DNA of 64,000 bases from a virus (Duplodnaviria; Caudoviricetes), in the IMG/VR virus record IMGVR_UViG_3300032038_000033, positions 40,461 through 104,460 of that record, one strand, 5' to 3'. Every line of letters starts with the position of its first letter. Within the stretch, counting starts at the first letter, position 1. Shown in pieces: positions 50,473 through 60,911 of the stretch. The notes beneath the pieces are model-generated. The model did not search any database. It was given only the letters and a program-made list of their open reading frames with translations, and had not been told where the DNA came from. The translations under genes were made by a program, and so were the position numbers.

Positions 50473-50526
50473 TTTATACTAAGTTTACATTTTTGTAAAA
50501 TGTATTTTACATTTATATGTTATACT
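50473..50526 (+). promoter_or_regulatory. direct-repeat/N31 promoter
   Basis: TTTATA-N5-TTTACA, 31 bp, TATACT. Confidence 0.75.
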
Positions 50527-50872
50527 ATATTTAGTGTAAAAAGTTATTTGGAGGTTGAATAATGTGGGTAGAACATTTTTACTTAGATTATTGTCAAGTG
50601 GTAAAGTAGACGGTTATATTTCTACTGAATTTGATGTAGAGAAAACTATTTTTAGTTGTAAAGAGAATGGCATTATAAACGAAGAAAAACTTGAAAAATA
50701 TATAAAGGATAATGCAACACTCACTTCCGATAATATAAAAAAGTTAATGCTTATTATAGATGCTACATATGATAGTTTTAAAGTGTACTTATATAACTAT
50801 GATAAGAAACAATGGTACACAAGAACGAATATTAAGGATGAATGGAAAATATATAAAGGTGGAATATAAAAT

Positions 50873-51208
50873 ATGAGACACATTGAAGGAATTAAATATG
50901 AGTATTTTATTGTTTGTAGAATAAATTGTAAATATAAGTTTTTGTCCATAGCAAATAAAGACAATACAACATATACTCCAGGTCAATATTTCTTTGGAAA
51001 TAATTATAATGAAGTTTTGGTTTTTAATACATCTGAAGAAGCAAATAATTTTAAAATAACAAATGATGGAGTTTTACAGTACACTCGAATTATTCTTGAA
51101 AAAGAAGGTTTTGGTGTAGGTGCATTTGAAATTGTTTCAGTTCCTCGTAAGGAATTGTTTGAATTGGAAAACTATATGTCAACTACTCACGAGGCTAAAG
51201 CCTTGTAG
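50873..51208 (+). CDS. hypothetical protein whose last codons derive from the IscB element
   Basis: Native end ENY-ILKEIGKND* reconstructed from 52791-52818. Confidence 0.6.
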   Translation: MRHIEGIKYEYFIVCRINCKYKFLSIANKDNTTYTPGQYFFGNNYNEVLVFNTSEEANNFKITNDGVLQYTRIILEKEGFGVGAFEIVSVPRKELFELENYMSTTHEAKAL

Positions 51209-51440
51209 CTTGTAATAGGCTCAAATTGACTACCTTTAGTTCTATTTAGAACTACATTACTTTCGTTATTACACCTACAAATGATTCCCAAGTTTGTAGC
51301 AACTGTGAAGGCTCTGTAAACAGTTCTGTGGAGTAGGAACAGTCAACCTTATGTGTTCGATTACGACAAGCGATTGTAATATTAGGGAAGGGAAACAAAC
51401 TTTCATTTAGAAAGGGGTGCTACTTGCGAGTTGGCACTAA
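51178..51440 (+). ncRNA. IscB omegaRNA scaffold
   Basis: GTCAA..TTGAC, ACTAC, CACC..TG..CCCAAGT, AAACAG..CAGTC, ATTAGGGAAGGG signature. Confidence 0.85.
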
Positions 51441-51452
51441 AAGGTATTACTT

Positions 51453-52733
51453 ATGAACAAAGGAAATAGAGTTTTTGTACTCAATATGAGAGGTAAATCT
51501 CTTATGCCTTGCACTCAAAGAAAAGCCAGAATACTTCTAAAAAAAGGAAAGGCAATTATCAAAAAGTATAATCCATTTACAATTCAGTTGACTTATGTAA
51601 CTGGTGAAGCAAAACAAGATTGTAATATTGGCGTAGATACTGGTGCAAAGCATATAGGTATTGCTATTACTTCTGGAGATAAAGTGCTTTATAAAGCAGA
51701 AATAGAATTAAGACAAGATATTAAGTCAAATCTTGACACAAAACGAATTTACCGTAGAAGTAGAAGAAATCGTAAAACAAGATACCGTAAACCACGTTTT
51801 CTTAATCGTAAAAGAACAGATAAATGGTTGCCTCCAAGTCTACAAACAAGAATTAACCATACATTCCGTTGGATAGATATATTTAATACTCTCTTACCTA
51901 ATGCTATTTTACATATAGAAGTGGGTAAATTTGACACAGCAAAGATGATAAATCCTGAGATAAATGGTGTAGACTATCAACAGGGGCAAACATATGGTTT
52001 CTTTGATGAAAGATATTATGTATTTGCAAGAGATAATTATACTTGTCAAGTATGCAAGTGTAAAAATAAAATACTACGAACACATCATATAATTTATCGT
52101 AGTAATGGTGGTACTAATAGAGTAAATAATTTAATTACAGTTTGTACAGATTGTCATACATCGGAGAATCATAAAAAAGGTGGTATTTTATATAAATGGC
52201 AAAAAGAACATAAAAAAGTAAAACAATACAAAGAACCACCATTTATGAATATACTTCGTAAAAGAATATTTACTCAATATCCGTCAGCAGTTATAACTTA
52301 TGGTTCAGAAACAACGCCAAAACGAAAGCAAATGCAATTAGATAAGACACATTATAATGACGCTATTGTTATAAGTGGGATAAACACTATAAAAGAATGT
52401 CCTAATGAGTGGTTACTTATAAAGCAATTTCGTAAAAAGAAGCGTTCATTACACGAAGCAACTGCTCGTAAAGGTAGAAAAGAACCAAATAGAACACAGA
52501 AACGAAATAGTAAAAATACACCTTATTATAAAGGCTTCTATTTGAATGATAGAGTGTTTACATTAGGAAAAGTAGGATATATAACAGGATTTACAAGTGG
52601 TGGTGTATATATAAAAAATCAAAAAGACGAATACATAACATTACCTAACAAAACATATAAACAAGTAGGAATTGCTAATATAAGATTGATAAATCATAAC
52701 AATAATTGGCAATATTTTAGTCAAGTTGGGTAA
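51453..52733 (+). CDS. iscB: RNA-guided endonuclease IscB
   Basis: SLMPC, GVDTG, bridge helix, IEVGKFD, HNH (CQVC..THHI..NLITVCTDCH), HYNDA. Confidence 0.95.
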   Translation: MNKGNRVFVLNMRGKSLMPCTQRKARILLKKGKAIIKKYNPFTIQLTYVTGEAKQDCNIGVDTGAKHIGIAITSGDKVLYKAEIELRQDIKSNLDTKRIYRRSRRNRKTRYRKPRFLNRKRTDKWLPPSLQTRINHTFRWIDIFNTLLPNAILHIEVGKFDTAKMINPEINGVDYQQGQTYGFFDERYYVFARDNYTCQVCKCKNKILRTHHIIYRSNGGTNRVNNLITVCTDCHTSENHKKGGILYKWQKEHKKVKQYKEPPFMNILRKRIFTQYPSAVITYGSETTPKRKQMQLDKTHYNDAIVISGINTIKECPNEWLLIKQFRKKKRSLHEATARKGRKEPNRTQKRNSKNTPYYKGFYLNDRVFTLGKVGYITGFTSGGVYIKNQKDEYITLPNKTYKQVGIANIRLINHNNNWQYFSQVG

Positions 52734-53163
52734 AATCATTGGCAATTCATCCCACGAACCTAAAGGTTTGGAGATTTCTTGCCAGAACATTTTAAAGGAG
52801 ATTGGGAAAAATGATTGAAAACAAGGTAGAATTTGTAAAGAAGTTTGAGGCACTTTTAAAGGAAACAACATCTTTTGAAGATTTACACAGGCTCGATTAT
52901 ATAAAGGAAGATATAGAAATTCTTGTTATTACTTATAAGGATGGTAGTCAGAAGAAACTTAATATTAACAATGATACTTGTTTTGGTATTATTGCAGACT
53001 TTTCTAATAAGGTTGATAGATGTAAATATATAGCTCTTGAAGATAGAATTACTGAATTTTTACCGAAAAGAAATACTCCAACATTTGACAAATTAATTAC
53101 AAATGGTTTAGGTGCAGTCGCTTCTACAATAGCTAACTATAATATATAAAGGAAGAATTAGCT

Positions 53164-53613
53164 ATGATATTATACATTAGAGAATTTGCAGAAAGTAAGA
53201 AGGAAATAGAAAGAGAATTAAGTGCTGTTACAACTCCTATTATTAGACATTTATTTAAACTTTATTGTTTACCTAATCATAGAAGTAGAAATCATTGGAT
53301 AGCAGAAATTGCTAATTTTCTAAGTTCTGTTAAAAGACTTTCAGGTAAGAATAAATTTCCTAATAGGAATCAAATTATGGATTGGACTTACTATAAATGG
53401 GAAGACCTCTTAACCGATACTGAATTTATGAAGAGAGAAATAGATACAATAGAGTTTAAGTATGGTGTAATTATAGATAAGTCTATTGATGATGTTTGTG
53501 AAACATTTAATGCTTTATGTTATGATTATTTTCTTTGGGTAGCCAATGAATTAAGTCAATACGGAAATATTGGTCACGGTTCCATATACAATAAATTAAA
53601 TGAATTATTTTAA
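53164..53613 (+). CDS. DUF29-like protein with YIRE propeptide-like motif
   Basis: IIRHLFKL..NHW..EI helix pattern; N-terminal MILYIRE|F. Confidence 0.5.
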   Translation: MILYIREFAESKKEIERELSAVTTPIIRHLFKLYCLPNHRSRNHWIAEIANFLSSVKRLSGKNKFPNRNQIMDWTYYKWEDLLTDTEFMKREIDTIEFKYGVIIDKSIDDVCETFNALCYDYFLWVANELSQYGNIGHGSIYNKLNELF

Positions 53614-53634
53614 ATATAAAGGAGTTGTATTTGT

Positions 53635-54216
53635 ATGAGACAAGTAAGGCAAGGTTGTTTTGAAACTAACAGTTCTTCCGCACATTGTTTAATTATTAAA
53701 AAAGATAATGATTATGAAACTGTAGAAGAACTTGAAGAAGATATGTTTATACATAGAATAGGTAGAGATGAGTGGACTACAGAAAAAAATGCAAATAGAA
53801 TAAATTTATGTATTTGGGATAAGGACGAAGATTTACGTTTTGAGAGATTTCCATTTCAAGTATTGACTTCTTCTCGTGATAAATTAAGATATTACATAGC
53901 GTCTGAATGTAAAACGGAAGAAGATATTAGAAAGGTAGAAGATACTCTTAGAAATATGTTTGATGATATTCAAGAAATTAAGTTTTGTGATGATGAGAAC
54001 TGGGGTGATGGAGATTATGACCAGTACGGTTATGCTCAAAATTATGGTAGTTTTAAAACAGCTTTAAAACAATACAATATTGATTTAAAAGAATTTCTTA
54101 CTAATAGAAAGTATGTTGTTATTGTTGATGGTGATGAGTATAACGAGTTTTATAAAATGCAGAAAAGTGGACTTATAAATTCCGATAACATAGAGGAGAT
54201 ATTTAACTTGTATTAA
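53635..54216 (+). CDS. FETNSSS-motif protein A
   Basis: MRQVRQGCFETNSSSAHC. Confidence 0.75.
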   Translation: MRQVRQGCFETNSSSAHCLIIKKDNDYETVEELEEDMFIHRIGRDEWTTEKNANRINLCIWDKDEDLRFERFPFQVLTSSRDKLRYYIASECKTEEDIRKVEDTLRNMFDDIQEIKFCDDENWGDGDYDQYGYAQNYGSFKTALKQYNIDLKEFLTNRKYVVIVDGDEYNEFYKMQKSGLINSDNIEEIFNLY

Positions 54217-54247
54217 GATTGGAGATATTTTAAAGGAGTGACTTGTT

Positions 54248-54745
54248 ATGAAACAAATAAGAAAAGGTGTTTTTGAAACGAATAGCAGTTCTGTACACGC
54301 CATTTGTATAAATAATCACTATGACATACATAATGTTGACGGTATTTGTTTTGGATTTGGTGAATTTGGTTGGCAATGTGATACATTAGATTATTTAGAT
54401 GGTAAGGCTGATTATCTTTGGACCGCCATTAATGAATTTTATGAAGATGAACCTGATAAAATTGAGGAAATTTGCAATAAAATAAAAGAATGGTTTAGAG
54501 ATGATTGTATTATTGCTTTATTTAAGGAGAAAAATGAAGATGATATTTGGAAGAATGGCTATGTTGACCATTGTAGTGAACTTATAGATTTCTTAGAATG
54601 GGTGTTAGAATGTAAGGATAATTTATATTCTTATTTGTTCGGAGACAGTCTTGTTGAACTTGGCAATGATAATGATGAAGACGCTATACCTTCCATTGGT
54701 AACTACAATGAAAAGTACGATAGAGTATTTGTGAAAGGGAATTAA
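54248..54745 (+). CDS. FETNSSS-motif protein B
   Basis: MKQIRKGVFETNSSSVHAI, GYVDH. Confidence 0.75.
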   Translation: MKQIRKGVFETNSSSVHAICINNHYDIHNVDGICFGFGEFGWQCDTLDYLDGKADYLWTAINEFYEDEPDKIEEICNKIKEWFRDDCIIALFKEKNEDDIWKNGYVDHCSELIDFLEWVLECKDNLYSYLFGDSLVELGNDNDEDAIPSIGNYNEKYDRVFVKGN

Positions 54746-54746
54746 G

Positions 54747-55649
54747 ATGAACAATGTATTAGGTAGATATGTAAATGGTAATTATACAGTTACTATATAT
54801 AATGACGGTACAAAGATTAGAGAAAACGATTTAGATAATTTAACACCTACCTTTGCTGAAAACTGTGATGTTAAAATTACAGATAAGTGTGACGGCGGTT
54901 GTGATTTTTGTTATGAAAATTGTACGCCATACGGAGAACACGCTAATTTATCTAAATATAATTTCTTATATAATCTTCATCCATTTACTGAATTAGCTCT
55001 TAATGGTAATGATTTAAGTCATCCACAACTTTTATATTTCTTAAAAATGCTAAAAGAACAAGATGTTATAGCTAATATGACAGTTAATCAGAAACATTTT
55101 ATGTACTATTATAATTATATTAAATCTCTAATCGACAATAATCTTATAAAAGGTCTTGGTATATCATTAAGAAATATAAAAGAAGAAAACTTTATCGAAA
55201 GAGTTAAAACAATACCTAATGCTGTTATACATACTATTGCAGGTATTACTACCTTAGAAGAATATGATTTCCTCGCTCAAAACAAGTGTAAAATACTTAT
55301 TCTTGGATATAAAACAAGAGGCCGAGGTATAGAGTTTAAACAGAAATATGATAAAGAAATAATTGAAAATATATATGGTTTGCATAAGCATTTACCAGCT
55401 TTACTTGGTTTAGCTAATCTTGTAAGTTTTGATAATCTTGCTATAGAACAGTTAAATATAAAGTCTATGCTTACAGAAGAACAATGGCAAAATTTTTATA
55501 TGGGTGATGACGGACAATATACATTCTATATTGATTTAGTTAAAGGTACTTTTAGTCGTAATTCTGTAAGTGATATAAGACATGAAATAGGGAGTAAAAC
55601 TATTGATGAAATGTTTAAGATTATTCAGACAGAAGCGAAGGGTGAATAA
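54747..55649 (+). CDS. radical SAM protein
   Basis: CDGGCDFC (CxxxCxxC); no C-terminal SPASM cysteines. Confidence 0.88.
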   Translation: MNNVLGRYVNGNYTVTIYNDGTKIRENDLDNLTPTFAENCDVKITDKCDGGCDFCYENCTPYGEHANLSKYNFLYNLHPFTELALNGNDLSHPQLLYFLKMLKEQDVIANMTVNQKHFMYYYNYIKSLIDNNLIKGLGISLRNIKEENFIERVKTIPNAVIHTIAGITTLEEYDFLAQNKCKILILGYKTRGRGIEFKQKYDKEIIENIYGLHKHLPALLGLANLVSFDNLAIEQLNIKSMLTEEQWQNFYMGDDGQYTFYIDLVKGTFSRNSVSDIRHEIGSKTIDEMFKIIQTEAKGE

Positions 55650-55819
55650 CAATAGAGCTATTATACACCCAGATGTGTAAACATTAATAAATAAATATTA
55701 AAAATTTTGTTAAAAATTACTATTTACAAATTAAAATTTTTGTGTTATACTTATGTTAATATAATAATTATTAAAAATTTAGTTATTATAAGTATAATTT
55801 TATAAAAGGATTGATTTGT

Positions 55820-56431
55820 ATGAAAACTAAAGATGTATTAAGAGTTTTAGGTATTACCCGTCCTACATTAACTAAATATGTTAAAAATGGAACTATAGGT
55901 ATTACTGAATTAGCTAATGGTAGATATGATTATAACGAAGATGATGTTTATAAATTTTTAAATAAAGATTGTAAACGTAAAACAGTTATATATGCCAGAG
56001 TTTCTACTAAAAAACAAAAGAAAGACCTTGAAAATCAAATAGAAATGTTAAAGCAATTTTGTTTTATGAATGGATATACATTAAGCGGTATCTATTCTGA
56101 TATTGCAAGTGGTATTTCTTTTGAAAATAGAAAAGAATTTTTTACTTTACTTGATGAAGTTATTGCAGGTAAAGTCGATAAAGTTATCATTACTTACAAA
56201 GATAGACTTTCTCGTGTTGGATTTGAATTATTTAAACATTTATTTTTAAGATTTAATACTCAAATTATTGTACTTTCTGAAATCGGCAATACTAAATTAG
56301 ATTCAGAAGAAATATTTGAAGAGATTATAAGTCTTTTACATTGTTATTCAATGAAGTTATATTCAAAGCGAAATAGAGCTAAGATACAAGAGATTATAAC
56401 TAATTCAGAAGAAAGTGATACAAATGAGTAA
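55820..56431 (+). CDS. tnpA: IS607 serine recombinase TnpA
   Basis: N-terminal MerR-like HTH, YARVST, SDIASG, DRLSRVG. Confidence 0.93.
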   Translation: MKTKDVLRVLGITRPTLTKYVKNGTIGITELANGRYDYNEDDVYKFLNKDCKRKTVIYARVSTKKQKKDLENQIEMLKQFCFMNGYTLSGIYSDIASGISFENRKEFFTLLDEVIAGKVDKVIITYKDRLSRVGFELFKHLFLRFNTQIIVLSEIGNTKLDSEEIFEEIISLLHCYSMKLYSKRNRAKIQEIITNSEESDTNE

Positions 56432-57917
56432 TACTGAAAATAATTATATTGTGGAATTACCTTTATTTGTAGAATCCTGGCAAGCAGATATAATTGATAC
56501 ACGATTAGAGATTGGCAGAAAAATTTATAATGCTTTATTAAACATAGTAGTAAAGCGTTACAATGAACTTACTAAAACTAAGTTATATAGAAATCTTAAA
56601 GAACAGTTAGTTTCAGCTCTTAAAATAAAGAATAAAGAAGTTAGTAAAGATATAGGCAAACAATTAAGTGATTTAGAAAAACAATATAAACTCACTAAAT
56701 TTGATATAATAAATGATGTTAAAGAAATGCAACATCATTTTAAATGTCATATACATTCAAGAGTAGCACAAGAAATAGCTAAAAATGTTTATACTGCTTT
56801 GTATTCTGTACTTTATAAAAATGGTAAAGAATTTCATTTTAAGAAGTTTGGAACATTTAATAGTTTGCAAAGTAATGAAATTAATCAGGCTATTATTTTT
56901 AATACAGATTATGTTAGTTGGACAGGATTACAATTAGCTGTAAAATATCCTAATAACATTAAATTTCAACAATATCTTCAATATAATTTATTTGATAATA
57001 TAGATAAATTACGTTATTGTGCTATTATACGGAAATATATAAGAGGTAAACGAAGATACTATGTACAACTTACATTTAGAGGTAATATAAAGCATACAAA
57101 ACGTAAATTAGGTTTTGGTAGAGTAGGTTTGGATATAGGTACATCTACATTAGCAATTTCGTCTAATAATGCTGTTGATTTAATTGAATTAGCAGACAAA
57201 GTTCAGAATGTTGAAAAAGATATTAAAAGACTTCAACGTAAGATGGATAGAAGTAGAAGAGCTAATAATCCTAATAAATACAATGCTGATGGAACATATA
57301 AAAAGAATAATAAAGATAAGTGGAAAAATTCAAACCGTTATATTAAATATAGAAATGAACTTAGAGAATTATTCAGAAAACAGTCTGTTATCCGTAAATT
57401 ACAACATAATCAATTAAGTAATTATATTATATCATTAGGAAATGAATTTTTTGTAGAGACTATGAATTTCAAAGGATTACAAAAAAGAAGTAAGAAAACT
57501 GAAAAGAAAGCTAATGGTAGATATAAATGTAAAAAACGTTATGGTAAATCTTTAGGTAATCGTGCTCCGTCTATGTTGCTTACATTACTTAGTAATAAAT
57601 TAAAACATCTAAATAAAGAACTTGTAAAAATTAATACTCAACAATGTAAAGCAAGTCAATTTAATCATATTACAGGTGAATATAAAAAGAAATCTTTAGG
57701 TCAACGCTGGAATATGATTAATGATAGATTAGTTCAGAGAGACTTGTATTCAGCATTTCTAATATCTAATGTAAATAATACTTTAGATTCATTTAATATT
57801 TCATTATGTAATGAAAAATTTGATAATTTCTTATTATTACACGATAATAAAATAAATGAATTAAAAGTACAAAAGAATTTAACCAATAAATCATTTCTAT
57901 CTTGTATGGGAATATAA
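56424..57917 (+). CDS. tnpB: IS607-associated TnpB
   Basis: RuvC GLDIG, FVETMNF, QRDLYSA; RLQRKMDRSRR helix. Confidence 0.92.
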   Translation: MSNTENNYIVELPLFVESWQADIIDTRLEIGRKIYNALLNIVVKRYNELTKTKLYRNLKEQLVSALKIKNKEVSKDIGKQLSDLEKQYKLTKFDIINDVKEMQHHFKCHIHSRVAQEIAKNVYTALYSVLYKNGKEFHFKKFGTFNSLQSNEINQAIIFNTDYVSWTGLQLAVKYPNNIKFQQYLQYNLFDNIDKLRYCAIIRKYIRGKRRYYVQLTFRGNIKHTKRKLGFGRVGLDIGTSTLAISSNNAVDLIELADKVQNVEKDIKRLQRKMDRSRRANNPNKYNADGTYKKNNKDKWKNSNRYIKYRNELRELFRKQSVIRKLQHNQLSNYIISLGNEFFVETMNFKGLQKRSKKTEKKANGRYKCKKRYGKSLGNRAPSMLLTLLSNKLKHLNKELVKINTQQCKASQFNHITGEYKKKSLGQRWNMINDRLVQRDLYSAFLISNVNNTLDSFNISLCNEKFDNFLLLHDNKINELKVQKNLTNKSFLSCMGI

Positions 57918-58371
57918 TTAATTTTAATCTGTTTTGTACGAACAGTAAACACTTAATAATTTATGAGATTATTAACATTTTGTAAATAAAGTGTAGAAGA
58001 TTTACAGAATTTAACTCAGCCTTTAAATCTTTCGAGGTTTATTGAAAAGTTATTAGTATGTAAATATGATTTTTGTTAAAGATTTTAATACTTATTTTAA
58101 ATTTTTAATAGAAATTAGTACAATGATATGGTTTGAATGAGGTGTTTTATTTGGAAGACTATACTAATATGATGTCCAAAATTACTTCTGAAATCTCACT
58201 CGAAGTAACAGAAGAAATAGATAAATTTATTTTTAAAACAATACAAGATTGGATATATAGAGAACAAACAATACTCATACCTAAACAACTTATAATCACA
58301 GCCTTGCAAACATTTAAAGCTGAACATCCAGAGCAATATAAGTTATTATTAAATTTAAAGGAGAATTAATT

Positions 58372-59289
58372 ATGTTTGGTAAAAAGAAAAATAAAATGGA
58401 ATATGAGATAGAGTTATCTCCTGAAATTTATGATGATAATGCTATTTTACACACAGAGACAGGCCATACATTAATGGATAAATTAAATGAATGTGAAACT
58501 ATACTTGATGTGTTAGAACTGCTTGGATTGATTTATATGGGTCCTAATTGTAATACAGTTGGTGAACTCATGGAGCGTGATAAGGATAATGTTTTATATG
58601 AAGCATTTATAGAAACATTTATAAATATAGGTGCTAATAAACATTTAAAGAAATCCCCTCTAATGTCTATAAAAGATAGAATATTTAAGAAAAGTGTAGA
58701 TTATATAAGGGAAAAGAAAGATTATGTAGCAGGTTATGTTCTTATTGATAAAAATGACTTTTCAGCAGGTTACAATGAAAATCGTTTAAATGTAATTACA
58801 TATAGATTTATGATAAATGATAGTATAAAAAATCTTAGGCTCGATATGTTTATAGAATATCTTATAAGTATTGGAGAAAATTTTGCTGAAAAATTTGTAA
58901 GATATTTTGTAGATAGTATTGAAGATTATTCTAAGTTTAGATGTGTCGGTAAGACAGTTAAAGAATGTATTAATGCAGTTATAAACTATAATATAAATAC
59001 CATTATATTATCTAAGTCTATGTTTAATGAATTAATAACTGATACAACTATAAGCTATAATACTAAGAAAAACCGTGTTATACTGCCAAACGGAGTTAAC
59101 ATATATTCGTCTAATAAGAAAGAAAGTGTAAAGGCTTATGCTTTTAATTCTAATAATGTTTCTATTATGACAGGTGATTATATAGTCATACAGCCGACTA
59201 AGAATAAATATGAAAAGTTAAAGGAGTATGAAATTATAGGATATATTTCAAAACCATTTATAGACGGAGATGTATGTATTGTAATGTAA
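58372..59289 (+). CDS. hypothetical protein
   Basis: 305-aa ORF with AAGGAG RBS. Confidence 0.6.
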   Translation: MFGKKKNKMEYEIELSPEIYDDNAILHTETGHTLMDKLNECETILDVLELLGLIYMGPNCNTVGELMERDKDNVLYEAFIETFINIGANKHLKKSPLMSIKDRIFKKSVDYIREKKDYVAGYVLIDKNDFSAGYNENRLNVITYRFMINDSIKNLRLDMFIEYLISIGENFAEKFVRYFVDSIEDYSKFRCVGKTVKECINAVINYNINTIILSKSMFNELITDTTISYNTKKNRVILPNGVNIYSSNKKESVKAYAFNSNNVSIMTGDYIVIQPTKNKYEKLKEYEIIGYISKPFIDGDVCIVM

Positions 59290-59332
59290 AGAAACTGTTT
59301 TTTAAATATTAGAGTGATAAAGGAGAATTATT

Positions 59333-59803
59333 ATGCTTGTTCCAGCAATTGCTAAAAAAGAAGAATTGGAAAAACTATTTGCCCTACATATTTATGATGA
59401 CGATATGTTTCTGTATAATGGCTATCCTTATTGTAATAAGATACCTGATTTAACTCCACAAGAGGAAATATATAAATGGGCTATTGTAAACATTGAAGAT
59501 GAAGTAGTCGGTTATTTTACATATCATATTGATATTCAGTCTGATAATGTCAATTGGTTTGGACTTTATTCATTTAAAAATGATATTACAATCGGCATTG
59601 ATGTGTATAGAAAAATGAAGGAACTTATTAAACATCATAGAAGGATTGAATGGAGAATGATTGGTAATAATCCCGTACAGAAACATTATGATAAGTTCAT
59701 TGAACATTTTAATGGACGTAAAGTTGTTTTAAAGAAAGCTGTCAAAGACCAAAATGGTGTTTATCAAGATGATTGCATATATGAAATATTAAATAGTAAA
59801 TGA
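59333..59803 (+). CDS. GNAT-like acetyltransferase (intact paralog of 17215)
   Basis: PA...EEL..GYFTY...NP....YDK....GR...D..G...D..YEIL. Confidence 0.7.
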   Translation: MLVPAIAKKEELEKLFALHIYDDDMFLYNGYPYCNKIPDLTPQEEIYKWAIVNIEDEVVGYFTYHIDIQSDNVNWFGLYSFKNDITIGIDVYRKMKELIKHHRRIEWRMIGNNPVQKHYDKFIEHFNGRKVVLKKAVKDQNGVYQDDCIYEILNSK

Positions 59804-60116
59804 GTAGGGTGTGTAAAGATGACAGTTAGAGATTTATATGAGGTTTTAACATTAAGTCCAAAATCAATAGAAGTTCAAATTTATGATGAAGATTGTAATG
59901 AATATGATTCTTTATATGGTATAGAAGAATATGAAGTTTTGTACATTAAAGATTGGCAAGTAGGAACCCATGAACCAAATGCTTTAGAACAATATAATCC
60001 TTTTAATAGCTATTTACGTTTATCTGTTGTAATAGCATCACCAAAATCTATGATTACGAACACCATTAAAGAAATCTACAATTTAATAAAAGATGAATAA
60101 AAAGGAGTTGTTATAA

Positions 60117-60362
60117 ATGAAAGTGAAGATTCATAGGGTTAAACCCGTCAATACAAATGAAACTATAATTGAGAATAAGGTTAAAAATCTAAGTGAAGTG
60201 GCTTCTTGTGATAGATTTATTTGTAGCAATTGTAAAATAGAGCTTAAAGATTGGGCTAAAGTAGAATATTATACTTATGAAGATGGGTATAAAGAAGAGT
60301 GTTATGTTCAATATGCTTTTAGATATTGTCCTAACTGTGGTAAAGAGGTAGAGGAGGATTAA
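60117..60362 (+). CDS. Zn-ribbon protein
   Basis: CSNC...YCPNCG. Confidence 0.65.
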   Translation: MKVKIHRVKPVNTNETIIENKVKNLSEVASCDRFICSNCKIELKDWAKVEYYTYEDGYKEECYVQYAFRYCPNCGKEVEED

Positions 60363-60367
60363 AAAAA

Positions 60368-60628
60368 ATGAATGATACTTTAGAAAACTGTCCATTCTGT
60401 GGTCATAGAGTTTTACTTGAAATGGACGAATTTGAAGTAAGACGTGAGATTGGAGTTGTATATATTCATTGGCTTATTGAATGTTGTAAATGTCACTGTA
60501 GCAAAAGTCGGGGTGGTGAATATATCATAAGAAACGATTTAACCATTGAAACTTTAGAAAATACTGACCCAAGACAGAAACTTATTCAAGAATGGAATAC
60601 AAGAGGAGGTAAAATGAAAAATGGCTAA
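60368..60628 (+). CDS. Lar-family (restriction alleviation-like) Zn protein
   Basis: LENCPFCG...CCKC...WNTR. Confidence 0.7.
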   Translation: MNDTLENCPFCGHRVLLEMDEFEVRREIGVVYIHWLIECCKCHCSKSRGGEYIIRNDLTIETLENTDPRQKLIQEWNTRGGKMKNG

Positions 60629-60911
60629 ATCAATTAAACTAAATTTAGATAATGACTTCTTACAAACAATATTTGTATGTGCGATAAGATATTCATTGGG
60701 TAGAGAAACATATATGTCGACACTTGTAACAGACTATATAACTCCGTATATTCCTGCACTAACTGATAAAACTCTTGGCGTTATTGAAAGTGATATAAGT
60801 AAAGCAGATTATTATGGACACCCAGACATAGATAAACCTGTATGGATGAAATTTTTAGCAAATATAAGAAAGGAACAGGAGAATAGAAGATGCGGAAACG
60901 CAAAACAATAA
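60621..60911 (+). CDS. hypothetical phage protein, paralog of 28371
   Basis: CAIRYSLGRETYM. Confidence 0.7.
   Translation: MAKSIKLNLDNDFLQTIFVCAIRYSLGRETYMSTLVTDYITPYIPALTDKTLGVIESDISKADYYGHPDIDKPVWMKFLANIRKEQENRRCGNAKQ

Larger units (their letters stand above)
51178..52790 (+). mobile_element. non-autonomous IscB element with terminal hairpins
   Basis: GTCAACTAC left end; GCAATTCATCCC..CTAAAG..TTCTTGC right-end hairpin; right junction inferred. Confidence 0.8.
55675..58124 (+). mobile_element. IS607-family element (serine recombinase + TnpB)
   Basis: tnpA-tnpB overlap, AT-rich repeat-containing ends, own TTTACA-N17-TATACT promoter 55723-55751; junctions inferred. Confidence 0.85.
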
